NCBI RefSeq assembly: GCF_006345805.1
Contig: NC_043004.1
Coordinates: 73,656,001-73,720,000, forward strand
DNA: 64,000 bases
Direction: 5' to 3'
Source of the DNA: Octopus sinensis
Taxonomy: Eukaryota
The notes beneath the pieces were generated by a model. That model searched no databases. It was not told the origin of the DNA and saw only the letters and a program-made list of their open reading frames with translations. Made by a program: the position numbers and the translations under genes. Position 1 is the stretch's first letter. Every line of letters starts with the position of its first letter. Shown piece by piece: positions 27,053 to 40,641 of this stretch.

Positions 27053-27493
27053 GATATATATATATTTGCATATTACATTCTTATTTACCTTCGGCATTGC
27101 AGTACAAATTTTTGTGACATTTGGACTCTATTTATTAATGAAAACTAGTAAGCACAAATTTTGTTTGTTATTTGTTGACGAAAAGAAACATGGCTTCCGT
27201 GACGTCAACATACAGACACATACAGAGTACACACACATATAATAAATGTCTGGCGTGTCAATCAATACAAACACACGTCTGCTATCTGTGACATATACAC
27301 GCACATAGTCTTGGCGCTCTCTAAGAAAAAAGGAAAACGTCGACTTTTTGACGTACACAATATTTTAATCATTTAGAAATATTTTTAACTGAATGTGATT
27401 TCAAAAATGTAAGTTGTTTGTACAGTAAGTATTTATATTTTAGCTTTCTTTAAACAGACAATATTTTAATATTTTTTTTAAATTATTGTCAAG

Positions 27494-27708
27494 TCGTTAA
27501 TTTCCGTAAAAAAATTTTATTTATTTATTTTTGTTTTAAAGTGAAAGATGTATGTACATACATGGATGTGTGTTTGTGAGAGAAAGCGAAAGAGAGAGAG
27601 AGAGAGAGAGAGGAAAAGTGAGAGAAAGAGAGTGAGTGAAGAGGTGTTGTCATGTATACGCACATTCATCAATACGTATGCATTTATCTTTCTTGTATTT
27701 AAGGTGTG

Positions 27709-27750
<42 letters not shown>

Positions 27751-27931
27751 TGTGTGTGTGTGTGTGTGAGTGAGTGGGTGAGTGAACGTGTATTTTCATG
27801 TAAGTGTAAATGGCACTCTTTCACACACACACACACGTCCATTTCATATATACGTTCATACATCTTTCACTTTCTCCTCTCATTCACTTTAAAACAAAAG
27901 TAAATCAAAAAAAAAATTACGGAAATTAACG
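27494..27931. mobile_element. MITE-like inverted-repeat element with internal GA/GT microsatellites
   Basis: TCGTTAATTTCCGTAA..TTTTGTTTTAAAGTGAAAGATGTATG is mirrored at 27853-27931. Confidence 0.6.
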
Positions 27932-28264
27932 AACAAAACAAGCTGATCCGGATGACAGTTTTGAGAGTCAAAGCAAAAAATCACCCCAATTAAATTTTAC
28001 AATCCAGCCGTTCTTTCCAGACGGGATTTCGTTGATTGACCCTGAAGTGACTTATATATAATTGAACTGTAATTATGTATACCAGAAACAATATATATAA
28101 GACGGTTTTTATAATTATTTATATAATATTATGTTGTGTTATATATTATATTCATAGTATTTATATAGTATATTCATAGTATTTAATATAATATTGTAAT
28201 ATAAATAAACTATTGAATGTCAATAGAATATCTATATTTAATTTATCTTTATATATATATATAA

Positions 28265-29310
28265 AGCAAATGAGTAACAAGGATGTCCAGGTATCAGTGC
28301 ATTACAGCCGTTTCAAGCGGCTTCATTTAATCGATCAATGCAAACATTACATCAATTTGAAATAAAGCGCTTTCCTCGGACGCGAACGACCACATAGATT
28401 TCCAACATACAGGATACTCCATTATAATTTTTTCGCAAATTTTTCATCAGAACTTGAGACTAGATGCTATTATTGTAGCATAAAGAATTTAGGGAAAGAA
28501 TACCTTAAGCCTACAATAATTTAGAGTGGCAGAAGGAAATAATAGGGGTCAATAAAGAGGAATAGTGATACAGCTGCATTCATTTTTATCCTTGTCACAT
28601 TCAACAGACCCAATGCAGCAACCAGTCTACATCCCCTTAGAATCAAAATTATCGGGAATTAACAGTTAAGTTCTTGTTGTTGGCGATTATTTAATTAATG
28701 TCAGATACACTTCTCTACCCTTATTTCACTATGACCATAAAATCAGCCATATCTGCATAAAAGAATATGTCTCAGAAAATGCTAGTAAGATAATGATATA
28801 AGGCGAGGTGATAACCAGAAAGAGGAGGGCCAGAGGTAGCTTAACATATGATGATTACCAACTAAAAGGGGTTCAAATGGAAAACAAAGGCGGTCACGTT
28901 GAGATCTAAGTGTGGGAATTAGGAATACGGGGAAAAATTTTGAAAAGGATTTAAGGGCCCAGTAAAAGAAGAAGGAGAAATAAAACAATCTAAGAATGGG
29001 GTACTATTATATAAAAAGAAACCTCATAATGCTTATTTCTAGCAGAATGTTAAGGTGGTCACGCTAAAACTATTCTACAATGATTCTATAATAAAATTCA
29101 GATATCATTCGAGTAGGAGTATACATATTCAATTGAATCAAAACCAAAGATTAGGGGCTAAAAAATAAGATATTTCTATGACAGGTACAGTTATTTAAAA
29201 ACTTTGGAAAAATATTTATATATAAAATCCTTGGGAAAATATATATATATATAATAAAATTACCAACATTTTGAAAAAATCTTTTAGATTTTTTCGAAAT
29301 GTTGATAATT
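28265..29310 (-). mobile_element. Decayed PLE 3' fragment with degenerate HHR and a terminal snap-back hairpin
   Basis: Minus-strand CCGAGGA-AAGCGCT..AGCCGCTT-GAAAC-GGCT-GTA at 28297-28384, with loop II homologous to the 59.6 kb HHR. A 25-bp-stem hairpin lies at 29258-29310. Confidence 0.6.
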
Positions 29311-30325
29311 GTTCCTTATTGTTCTGTTTTCGCAACGATTCATACAAGGCGGGAAATATGCCGTGGATTATCTTAGATAGTTAAATCTTTAAAACGAGAG
29401 TTTGAACTGCAAGGTTGGGTGATATCCATTGCAAAGTCAGCTGTAATTTATTCGATGTGGTGCGGGGTCTGCATGATTAAGCTTGGCTTATGACCCAGGG
29501 GAAGATAATGGTAAGATCAGAAATTAATAATCCTTCGAGTTTAGCTTTGAGCTATTCTTCAACTAACCTTTGGCTTAATCATGCTTCAATGACTAAAATG
29601 AAGGCTAATTTTTGTCTAAAGTATGACGTCATGTAATCACCGCGATTGATAATGACTAAATTTGTCTGGGAAACTATTCTTTTGTAACTGGAAGAACATA
29701 TTTAACATTTTGTTTCTATATTTCGGTTGAACTACATGACTTTTTTTTTCATTTTAATTTCAAAGTAATGAATATTTGTTTGAAATCACTTTGTCATTTT
29801 TAAGGTGGTGTTTGAAACAAACTAAAATAGCATTTCGTATGTATGTGTGTGTGTAGGTGTGAGTGTGTGTGTATGTGTGTATGCACATTTTTTTTTTGTA
29901 TGTAAGCATATAGATATGAAAATAAACCGATCAACATGTAGACGGATAGGTAAATAGGTTACAAGAACAGACAAGCACACATACGCAAATGTAGACTGAC
30001 ACACGTGACCATATATACACACGCACACTTTACTCCACACAAGGACACATATGGAGACACGGATCCACTCATATAAGGATACACATCCATACATACAAAC
30101 ATGGTACATAACACACACACACATACATGCACACAGAAGGAGACAGACGTGCATTCATATACAAACACATGCTCACACACACATGCATAGAAAATACACA
30201 AACAGGGACATGCAAGCACATAAATATGCAGGATACATACATACAGATGCACACACATACATATATACATATGCATACACACACATATCTACATAAATAC
30301 ATACACATAAATACATAAATACATA

Positions 30326-30770
30326 AATTTCATACGATACCGCTATAAAAAAACTTAGCGGTATCGTATGAAATTGTCACCCATAATTATAACCCTAGTA
30401 TCGATCTATTGCATTTCAATCTATTTTAGATTTAGGGTTAGAGCTGGGTTAGAGCTGGGTTAGTTAGGGTTAGGGGTGGGGGAAGGGTATCTTTTTTCTT
30501 CACAAATGTAAACAAACCCAATCTGTTTCTTAAACAAGGGACATATTCATTATGCACAGAATGTTGTTTACGTCAATGGCGGTAATTGTTTGGTTAAAAT
30601 TGCCGAAATGCAAGAAATTTTAGACGAAATATGTTACAACCTATAGAATTTTCTCAATAAAACCAAGAGAAAATGATGTTTTATAAACACATTCTACCAG
30701 TATACGAAGTTTAACATTTATTAGTTACCTAGAAATTATGTTACAAACTGCCGTTCAAAAGGAAAAGATC
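30326..30770. mobile_element. Non-autonomous element with terminal 20-bp hairpin and internal TTAGGG-like repeats
   Basis: Perfect hairpin at 30326-30375, TTAGGG variants at 30431-30475, and a discrete right end CTGCCGTTCAAAAGGAAAAGATCC. Confidence 0.55.
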
Positions 30771-31349
30771 CCGATGCTCCAGCATGGCCGTAGTCAAATG
30801 ACTGAAACAAGTAAAAGAGTAAAGAGTAAAGAGTATATATATATATGTGTGTGGGTGGGTGTGTATATGTATGTATATATATATATATATATATATACAT
30901 ATATATAGATATCGATTTCAAATCTTGGCACAAGGTCAGTAATTTCGGGGGAGAGGGCTAGTGGATTACATCGACCTCAGCATTCAACTGGTACTTATTT
31001 TATCAATCCCAAAAGTATGAAAGGCAAAGTCGACATCGGTGGTATATGAACTTAGAACGCGAAATCACACACACACATACACACACACATGCGCGCGCGC
31101 ACAGACACACACACACATATATGTATATATCAAATGTATCAGTGGTCCGACCTTTTGAGTCAGAAAAATATAACTCATAAATGTATCATATATATGAAAT
31201 GAGTATGTACCCCCTTGCATGTGTGTGTGTGTGTGTGTGTGTATACGCAGGTGAATGTTAGTGTATATGTGTATGTGTGTGTGTGTGTACGAGCACACTC
31301 ATATTCGAGCGTGCGTGTGTGTGCATATATATGTGTGTGTATATTTATG

Positions 31350-31532
31350 AGAGAGATAGAGAGAGAGAAAGAAAGAAAGAAAGAAAGAAAGAAGAAAGAA
31401 AGAAAGAAAGAAAAGAAAGAAAGAAAGAAAGAAAAGAAAGAAAGAAAGAGAAGAAAGAAAGAAGAAAGAAAGAAGAAAGAAAGAAAAGAAAGAAAGAAAA
31501 GAAAGAAAGAAGAAAGAAAGAAAGAAAGAAAG
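31350..31532. repeat. (GAAA)n microsatellite
   Basis: Direct inspection. Confidence 0.9.
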
Positions 31533-31954
31533 AATCCGCCATTCAATTCATTCGATGAGTAAGATGACTGAAAGCGCCAGACACCAACAGACACCACACA
31601 CACACACACTCACACACTCACACACACACACACTCACACACACACACACACACACACACACCACACACACACACACTTCTTACGTAGACCAGCCAATGTC
31701 CCTTCATTTTATTCAGTTCCTTTCAGGGCTATAAAATTCCTTTGAAATGGGGAGAACAAACAACAAACAAACAAAAAAAAAAAGAAAAAAGTAAAAAAAA
31801 AGAACAAAATCTGCAGAAATCTCTCAAAGCGACGGGGCAGCAGGAATAGGGAGCAGAGTGCAGAGATGAATGGGAGATGAGGGTAGGAATGGCGCTGAGG
31901 ATAGAGCAGCGTTGGTGCCGCCGAGGTAGAGGTCGTGCTGATGTAATGAGCATG

Positions 31955-31993
31955 GTTGTAATAGTAGCAGCAGTGGTATTCGGTAGTAGTAGT

Positions 31994-32031
<38 letters not shown>

Positions 32032-32063
32032 TAGTAGTAGTAATAATAGTAGTAGTAGTAGTT

Positions 32064-32104
<41 letters not shown>

Positions 32105-32249
32105 GGTGGTGGTGGTGGTAGTAGTAGTAATAGTAGTAATAGTAGTAGTAGTTGTTGTTGTCGTAATGGTAGTAGTAGTTGTAGTAGTAGTTGTAATAGT
32201 AGTAGTAGTAGTAGTTGTAGTAGTAGTAATAGTAGTAGTTGTATTAGTG

Positions 32250-32280
<31 letters not shown>

Positions 32281-32460
32281 TAATTGTAGTAGTAGTAGTA
32301 GTATAGTAGTAGTAGTAGTAGTTGTAGTAGTATAGTAGTAGTAGTTGTTGTAGTAGTAGTAGTAGTAGTGGTATTCGGTGGTAGTATTGTAGTAGTAGTA
32401 GTAGTAGGTGCAGTAGTTGTAATAGTAGTAGTAGTAGTAGCAGCAGCAGCAACAGTGGTA
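31955..32460. repeat. (AGT)n compound trinucleotide repeat
   Basis: Direct inspection; accounts for the poly-Thr, Ser, Val and Leu ORFs. Confidence 0.9.
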
Positions 32461-32509
32461 GGGGTGGAAGTGGTGGGCGTGATGATCTTTTATCTTTTTT
32501 CGCATTTTT

Positions 32510-32977
32510 TCAGTCATTAGAATACGGCCATGCTTGAGCAACGAAGAATTTTAATCGGACGAAACCGATTCGGTGCTTAATTTTTCTTTACTTTTTTTTT
32601 TTGTTTGTTTCTAAGGCTGCTACTCATTTCATCGGTTTTCTTTTGCCGAACCGCTAATTTACGGGAACATAAACATGCGAACACCGATTGTCAAGCCGTG
32701 GTAGGGGACGAACACAAACATAAAGTTATAGGCACACACACACACACGTGCTCACACGCACATACACACACGAACGCCCGTCCGCACGCGCACACACACA
32801 TACACACATACATATATGTATAGATATACATATAACGAAAGGCTTCTTTTAGTTTCCGTCTACCAAATCCGCTCACAAGGCTTTGACTGGCCCGGTTATA
32901 GTAGAAGATACTTGCCCAATGTGCCACGCAGTGTGACTGAACCCGCAAGCTACTTACCACACAGCTCGTCTGCGCCT
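32510..32977 (-). mobile_element. SINE family A
   Basis: Reverse-complement match to family A. Confidence 0.78.
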
Positions 32978-32990
32978 ATGATGTCATTGT

Positions 32991-33488
32991 CTTCTTCTTC
33001 TTCTTCTTCTTCTTATCAGGACTCATGCCATTAGCCATGAAGAATAATCTCTAATTTGATCCTACTCTAAGCTACTAAGAATGCGTGTGGCAACTTGAAG
33101 ATCCACCCACCACACGCGATAGACTGGCGGTTGCACGGGCGCGAAAGCTACGTTGTTATCCTCATTCTGTAAACGGTGGCTTTAAACAGGTGGAGAGCTG
33201 AACCATCCTGGGGTACAGAGGATTCGCAATCTAGACTAGGGTCTGAAAGTTTTACCACACCATAGTTGGTTACACCATGGTTCCTCTGCTTTGTGGCAGA
33301 AGTAGGAAGAAAGAGTGAGAAAAAGTTGTAGTGAAAGACTACAGCGGTGTTCACCCCACCCTCGCCGGAGCCTCGTGGAGCTTAGATGTTTTTGCTCAAT
33401 AAACACTCACAATGCCCGGTCTGGAAATCGAAACCGCGCTCTTACGACCACGAGTCCGCTGACCTAACCACTGGGCCATTGCACCTCC
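32991..33488 (-). mobile_element. tRNA-derived SINE family C, long form with (GAA)n tail
   Basis: Head GGAGGTGCAATGGCCCAGTGGTTAGG..GGTTTCGATTTCC shared with 46556-46874; unique 3' half. Confidence 0.75.
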
Positions 33489-33969
33489 ATTATGAAGTTG
33501 TTTGTGGTAGTGGTGGTGGTGGTGGTGGTGGTGGTGGTGGTGGTACTGAGAATGCAGTACTGAAGGTCAGTTTGATAATGCTTCAGTGGTGCAGTGATAT
33601 AATGAAGGATGGGACGACGCTGGGTAAAAGTAGTAGTGGCAGTGATGTGAGTAGTGGTGGATGCAGCAGGTGTGGAAAACGTGGCACTTGTATTGTTAGT
33701 GATGAATTCATTTATTGAAATGCGGTCTTAAATCTGGCTCAACATATAAGGCACATGAGACCAGGAGCTGATCAAGAATTTCAAGATAGGATGAGGGTAG
33801 AACACAATTAACTAAGCTAGATGCTTGTCCGTTGAAGGGTTAGTTAACCCGCCAATTGCCTCTGATACGTTTTTTCAGTTGAGGATCCCGTGCAACACTG
33901 AGTATCGAACCCACGACTTAACAGTAGTGAGCTCAGTAACCTAACCACTGGGTTAGATCTAAAGAACTA

Positions 33970-34269
33970 CAGTAATCCTTCGACTATCGCGTGTGTTACC
34001 GTTCCCAAACATCCCGTGATAGGTGAAAATCCGCGACGTAGAAACAGTACTGTATATTTTTTTATTATCTTTATGATTTGTATATAGTTATTTTATTATA
34101 TATGCAAAACAACACCAAGGAGGAATCGACGTAAGCTTAAATAATAAACCGCGATAGGTGAACCGCGATAGGTAACCGCGATAGGTAAACCGCGATAGAT
34201 GAACCGCGATAGATGAACCGCGGTAGGTAAACTGCGATTGGTGAACCGCGATATGACGAGGAATTACTG
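33970..34269. mobile_element. pogo/Tigger-like MITE with internal 14-bp tandem array
   Basis: TA-CAGTAATCCTTCG...CGAGGGAATTACTG-TA; about 8 copies of AACCGCGATAGGTG at 34147-34252. Confidence 0.8.
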
Positions 34270-34773
34270 TATTTATCCTCATATTTTGCATTTTCCAGGT
34301 ATCTTCCTTGTTATCTTTTATCTGTTATCTTGTCAGGTATCTTTCATGCTAGGGTCACCTCGATTTCAGCACTAATTCTATCGAGATGTAAACAAAGGAA
34401 CACCGGTTGTCAAGAGGTGGTGTGGAAAGAAACACAGATACAAAAACACACACACACCACACAGACAGTACTCACACACGCGCGCGCACATATTTTTGAA
34501 GGCACATGACCTAGTGGTTAGGGTGTTTCACTGATGATCGTTAGATCGTGCGATCGACTCCTAGACCGAGCACTGCGGTGTGTTCTTGAGCAAAACACTT
34601 CATTTCACGTTTCGACGAACTAGCCTTCCGATCAAGGAGAATGTTGTCTTGCAAAGCGCATTGTGACTAGCAAGGCATAATAACATCCAATAGTCTGATC
34701 GATCAGTTGATATATATACATATGTGTATGTGTGCGTGCGCCTGTGTACACGCCTGGCTTCAATACAGTTTTC

Positions 34774-35202
34774 GGTACTTGGTTATCTCACCACCATTAA
34801 AAAATTGCCATTAAATATTGCCATTAAAAAATTAGCTTATCTCCCCAACTAAAAATTATGTGGCGACAAGACATTGGATTAAAAGAGTTAGATCCTTTTG
34901 ATTCAATACTCCAACACGTTGTTGACTTTTGGCCTCCCCAGCATCCATTTGTTATAAAAATATTTTAGATTCAATAAGATGTTTAATCTTTTCTGTTTTC
35001 CTAATTATTAATTTTTTTCAGTTTTGTAAGATTTTGTTATAAAAATATTATCACATTCAATAAGATGTTTAATCTTTTCACTTTTCATGTTTATTAATTT
35101 TTCATTTTTGTTTTTGTTTTGCTTTATTGAGGATTAAATAATTTTTTTAGTTAGAGGAGATAACCTAATTTTTTAATGGGGGTGAGATAACCAAAAAGTA
35201 CC
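34774..35202. mobile_element. MITE with GG termini and 8-bp TSD (Merlin-like)
   Basis: TIRs of about 60 bp, GGTACTT..GGTTATCTCACC; TSD CAGTTTTC at 34766-34773 and 35203-35210; inserted into a family A SINE. Confidence 0.75.
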
Positions 35203-37093
35203 CAGTTTTCATCCACCAAATTCGTTCACAAGGCATTTGTTAGCCGTGAAGTGGAACTGAACCCAAAACTGCATGTTCGCAAAGTGAACTTCTTAACCAC
35301 ATATCCGCATCTGCGCCTAAACTTCTGTTGTTAAATTACTGTTTTATTTGTTATCCTCCCCCATTCAATTGTGTACTCTACAGGCAGTCTGATCGGAACT
35401 AATCCGAATAATCACAAACTATAAAACCATTATTCTTATTTCCTCATCTTTTATCCCCGCTTTCAGCTTATTATTTGGCAAAAGCATCTTTCTTCCAAAA
35501 TATAGCACGTTTTACCTTTTTTCTCTCAACAAAGTGGGAGTAAAAGAGAATTACTTTTGTTAACAATTGAAAACTCTGATACTTTCTCGCTTCGGTCAGC
35601 TAAAGTTCAAGTGTCAGAACATAGTTAATTCACGATTCACTTCCGGTCAATGAAAGTAAAAAAAATTCTTTTCACTTTTAAATGTAAGGGCGGAGTCAAA
35701 TCATATGCAGTTGTAATAAGCCAGGTAGATACTATTTTATATCATGCTTTACAAAAAAAAAAAAAAAGAAGAGGAAAATTGTTTAAATACGGCTGATATT
35801 AAAAGAGCACAATTGACTGAGCGACCTACATAAATATAGTTAAGTATACGAGGAGGCGAAGAAAGAAAAAGCATTTACTTCTTGGGAATTTTGAAATTTA
35901 TTTCCAGTTTTGAGTCATTTAAAAGGTACACACACACACACACACACACACATACACACACACACATACACTCACACACATATGTATGCATGCACCTGCT
36001 CTTGGCTTTTGATAGTGGCGTGGGACAATTGGCTGGTTTAATCCCCTCGGTCACAGTGTGTAGAGTCCATATTTACTTTCATAGCTTTCAGTAGGCGGGG
36101 GTGTTAACAAATAGGATTTACGGCTTAGACATTCTGCTCCTATTTTCTACTCAATAAACGGGGATTTTGTTATAGGAGTCCCTAGGTGTAAATGTTTCAA
36201 ACTGATTTGTGAGCCCATTTGGTTAACATGAACTTTACGTAGCTTAGAGACTCTTTTCATACAGGTTTAGGGGGTCTTTTTGATACGGTTTCAATGACAT
36301 ATTTTCTGGTGTGCTGGACTTTATCATAACATATTGCACACCATAGCATGAGGCTATTGCTGTATATCAATGTCACCGAGAATGCATGCTGATTATCTTG
36401 CTATTATTATGCTTGGTCAAAGCAACTACAAAGAGTTATTTGACAGAAATATCGTTAGATCAGCTGTCTTCAAGCCATGAACATCCTGCCTTCACTGTGG
36501 GGCATGATATGCGAAGATTGAGAACTTGATGTTTCATCTTCATTTTAAAAATAGCAGTGTGTTGTTAAAGGAGACTTATCAGAAACAATGCTCAGATGTA
36601 CTGATTACTTCGAAGCTTTTCTCCATCCTTAACCAATGGATTCTATCCGTCGCCCAGTTTAGCACCATCGCTTTGTCTTTGGGCGCTTTTCGCAGAATGC
36701 ACTCTGTTGATAACATTCCAGCTAGGATTCTGATCTGCGGATAACTTCGATCCTTCCGTCCATCAGTTTCGAAAACTGTGAAACATGTCATTGACACTGC
36801 CTTCTCTAGACTCTAAGTCAGTAAAATGATCCGTGTATATTGAAGGTCGCTCAAGTCTACTCTTTCTATTCTTTTGTTGTTTAGTTGCAAGATCAGCCTT
36901 ATTTCAGCTATTCAATCGTGACCATCACAATTGTTCGTACATCTAAGATTACATTACTAAATGCGTACTTTCATTTTTAAGATGGGAAGATGCTCTTTGA
37001 AGGAATTTTGCTGATATTTTTGCGGGACCAACGATAGCATAAAGGCTCCTTCATTGTGTCATGTTGCTGTTATGTATAAAGGTGATAGTTTCT

Positions 37094-37516
37094 TATTTCT
37101 TTATTGCCCACAAGGGGCTAAACATAGAGGGGACAAACAAGGACAGACAAACGGATTAGGTCGATTATATCGACCCCAGTGCGTAACTGGTACTTAATTT
37201 ATCGACTCCGAAAGGGACGAAAGGCAAAGTCGACTTCGGCGGAATTTGAACTCAGAACGTAACGGCAGACGAAATACCTTTTTTTGTTTTTACTACCCAC
37301 AAGGAGCTAAACACAGAGAGGACAAACAAGGACAGACAAACGGATTAAGTCGATTAGATCGACCCAGTGCGTAACTGGTACTTATTTAATCGACCCCGAA
37401 AGGATGAAAGGCAAAGTCGACCTCGGCGGAATTTGAACTGAGAACGTTGCAGCAGGCGAAATACCGCTAAGCATTTCGCCCGGCGTGCTAACGATTCTGC
37501 CAGCTCGCCGCCTTCT
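37094..37516 (-). mobile_element. Dimeric SINE family B with LINE-like tails and 15-bp TSD
   Basis: Two tandem units; TSD AAGGTGATAGTTTCT at 37079-37093 and 37517-37531. Confidence 0.88.
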
Positions 37517-40319
37517 AAGGTGATAGTTTCTGTTAGATTCTTCATATTGCCTATGTAATATTCTAATTTATGTTCTGTGCATGATGTTCGTGAGCTCATA
37601 CAGACTTAGGGTGAATACTTCATATTGTGGGGGAAAAGCTGTATGATATTAACATACCGTGTTCCTTATTCCCAGCTTCATTTTTAGTCCTTGTGGTGTG
37701 TTGGCTTTTGAGCCTCATTGACTCTACCGGCGCGCTAACTCCTTGAAAGGCCTCTAATGTTAGATGGATCAAAGGATAGAAGATAGTGCCTTTTAGTACT
37801 ATACAGGACGTATGTCTCAGTATTATGGCGTTCTTACAGTGTATCTACGTTATGTAGCATAACGGTGTACTAATATTGCTTCCGTCGCTAATAACTCACT
37901 TTTACCTTGCACCCCAGTTACTTGCGACACCAAAAACTGATTAGTCCTTTTTTCTCTCTATCAGCAGAGACAAAATTTGGCTACTTGTGGTGATAATGGA
38001 TATCTACTGCTGATGACGTACAAAGATGCAAAAATCAGGTGATCTACCTGTTCTACCGCCGATGCTGGGCATTTTCGTCCGCTACTGATACATCTATGCT
38101 TTTTGGCTCGATAAAACTGTACGATGTATCTTCTTATGACGAATACCACAGTATTATAGCATCCTTACAGTACATCCATATTAAAGAGGATATATGCATG
38201 CAAATATATGTATGCGCGTATATATATATATATATGTATGTATGTATGTGTGTATATATACACACACATTACATGCATATACATATATATGTGGCCTATA
38301 AAAGCAACTAATTAAGGTGGTGGCGCCTTTCTCATCGTGGGTTGTGGTCTCTATCTACACAGTTCTTTGTATCTACGAAATAAATCATTGCTTTGTAAAT
38401 TGTTTCCAAGGTCAACCGAAACTGAGCAAGACCTAAGGCGAAAGGCCTTCTAGCTATAATAGTCTCTCCTTCTTGTTTTAAGAATGGTATGTCTATGACT
38501 GCGTTATCGTTCCCCTTGTATTTCTATACGGTGAAAGTATTTTATTTGATGCAGATTTAGCTGCTAAATGCCTCAGGTCGAACAACTGTATGTGGGCTAC
38601 CCGTTGTATACTAAGATCAGAAGTCCTTTGACTTGCAAGTCAAAGTTAGTTTGCCTATGGTGTTGCTTTATGATCTCTGGAACAGTTCCAGACATCATAA
38701 GTAACACCATTAGCAAACTAACTTTGTCTTGTGTTATCATTCTGAATTTAAAATACGAGAAGTGGTTGTTTTGTCAATGGTAGAATACATTACCGCGGTG
38801 TTATAATTCGACCAGATATTTTCTCTATAATGTCTTTTGTTTCTACTTTCAGTTAACCCATTATATTTATCTCTTATCTTAAGTTAACTAGGGAATATGA
38901 TAAACAGAGTTTATAAACATGGTTTTCCGGGTTCACTGAATTGAATGAATTATAGGCCCACAACGTACGCTGCACCATTACTCGCAACCAACATTAAGGC
39001 TATTCGATTAAATGCTGGCTGAGATCGGGGATATCGATAAGGAAACTCGATGACTTCTAACAGAAATTTCAACAGCAATGAAAATGGCCGCCGCTGTCTA
39101 AACTTAAGACATCGATTCAGTCGTTTGACTGTCGCATTTTATCCCGTAGATAACTTCTACTAAAAATACTGCATTGAAGTGCATCCATGGCTCAAGTGTT
39201 CATTCATGAGGCAAATAGCCCCATGAGAGGTGAAACTCTGATGATCAGGAGTTGCACAGATTTACCGCAACAGAAAAAAATGAAAGGCTTTCTGCTAATC
39301 ACTCAAAAGTCTTGTTAGAAAGATGTTGTTAGAAAAAAATTAGAAGAGCAGTATCATTGATAACCAGATAAGTCTATCTTGGAATACCAGTTAGTTTACT
39401 AGCTTTATATTTTACACTGTAAAGAGTTTGCTTTTGAAATCCAGGATCAGGAGATTACAAACTACCTAATGCATAGCGGGATAGCAAAGCAGATAAAACA
39501 TCTACTTATGACGACTGATGCAAGCTCGGTGAACTTAACACCGATGATGCATCTCTCAGTTTACACTGATGTGGAAGGTGTACTCCCTTATGATATAAAT
39601 GGATGCTGAATGAATGTTCTAGTGATGAATTCTGTAAAAAAAAAAAGAACGAAAGAAAGAAAGAAGGATAACAAATGATCTGGAACAGATAAAAAATATG
39701 TACTGTTGTAGAAATCAGTCGTTCAGCAGACGTTAACATAATACGAAAGAAAAAGAAAATATCGATGCTAAACTAATGAGAAATACACAGATACTGCACC
39801 TGGATTTATACCTGTAATTATAGAAGTAGTTAGTTATGCAATTAACTGTCTCAACATCGGTCTCAAGCAGCCGGGATTCATAAAATGAGAAAAGACAAAA
39901 CTAGGTAAGAAATCAGTTACATTCCATTAACAGAGATATGAAAATAGGTTAAATAACATTCCAGAGGTTTAGCCAATAATAAGTGCATAGAGTATATACA
40001 AATATATGCATATGTGCACACACATAAATCAAAACATACATCTCTATACATGTAATAATATGCACGCATACACACTTACATGAACACACATACATATAAA
40101 GATACTTAAATAAATAAATCACTACCGAGTTGATGTTGCCTGACTTTCAATGAAGATTGACTTTCTCCATTGATGAGAAAAAATAAATTCAACTAGAACA
40201 AACATCCGTACATAGATACATTCATGCATGTATATACATATATACTACTATATATATATTATATATATATATATATATATAATATATATATATTATATAT
40301 ATATATACATATATATATA

Positions 40320-40581
40320 TACTATTTTATCACAACCGGTCCAGATGCCTTTAATATTATACCAAAATACATGAAAACGGAAATAGATCCCATAAAATTC
40401 AAAAGTTCTCTGGACAAATTTCTCCCCAAAATCCCGGAACAACTTCCTACACCCAGATTTATCTCCAACAATAATAATTCTTTGGTAGAGTAGGCCATGG
40501 AGTCCCATATATAGGACTTCACCAGATGGAGCTATTAAGTTAGATATGGCCTGGGCCTATACTGGCCGAAACCTATCTAAG

Positions 40582-40590
<9 letters not shown>
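40320..40590 (+). mobile_element. CR1-group LINE 3' end fragment
   Basis: TGPDAFNIIPKYMK..FKSSLDKFLPKIPEQLPTP..NSLVE* is homologous to the C-terminus of ORF 60822-62051. Confidence 0.75.

Positions 40591-40638
<48 letters not shown>

Positions 40639-40641
<3 letters not shown>

Noticed and set aside
30431-30475. True telomere
   Set aside because: Only a few degenerate units, internal to a dispersed element.
31709-32541. Mucin-like poly-Thr ORFs
   Set aside because: (AGT)n microsatellite open in multiple frames.
34147-34252. CRISPR array
   Set aside because: There are no unique spacers, and the context is a eukaryotic MITE.
36100-36830. Additional transposase remnants (also ~39000-39620 and ~51610-52105)
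   Set aside because: Only isolated motif-like matches (e.g. PSLAPS); too decayed to support a call without alignment.
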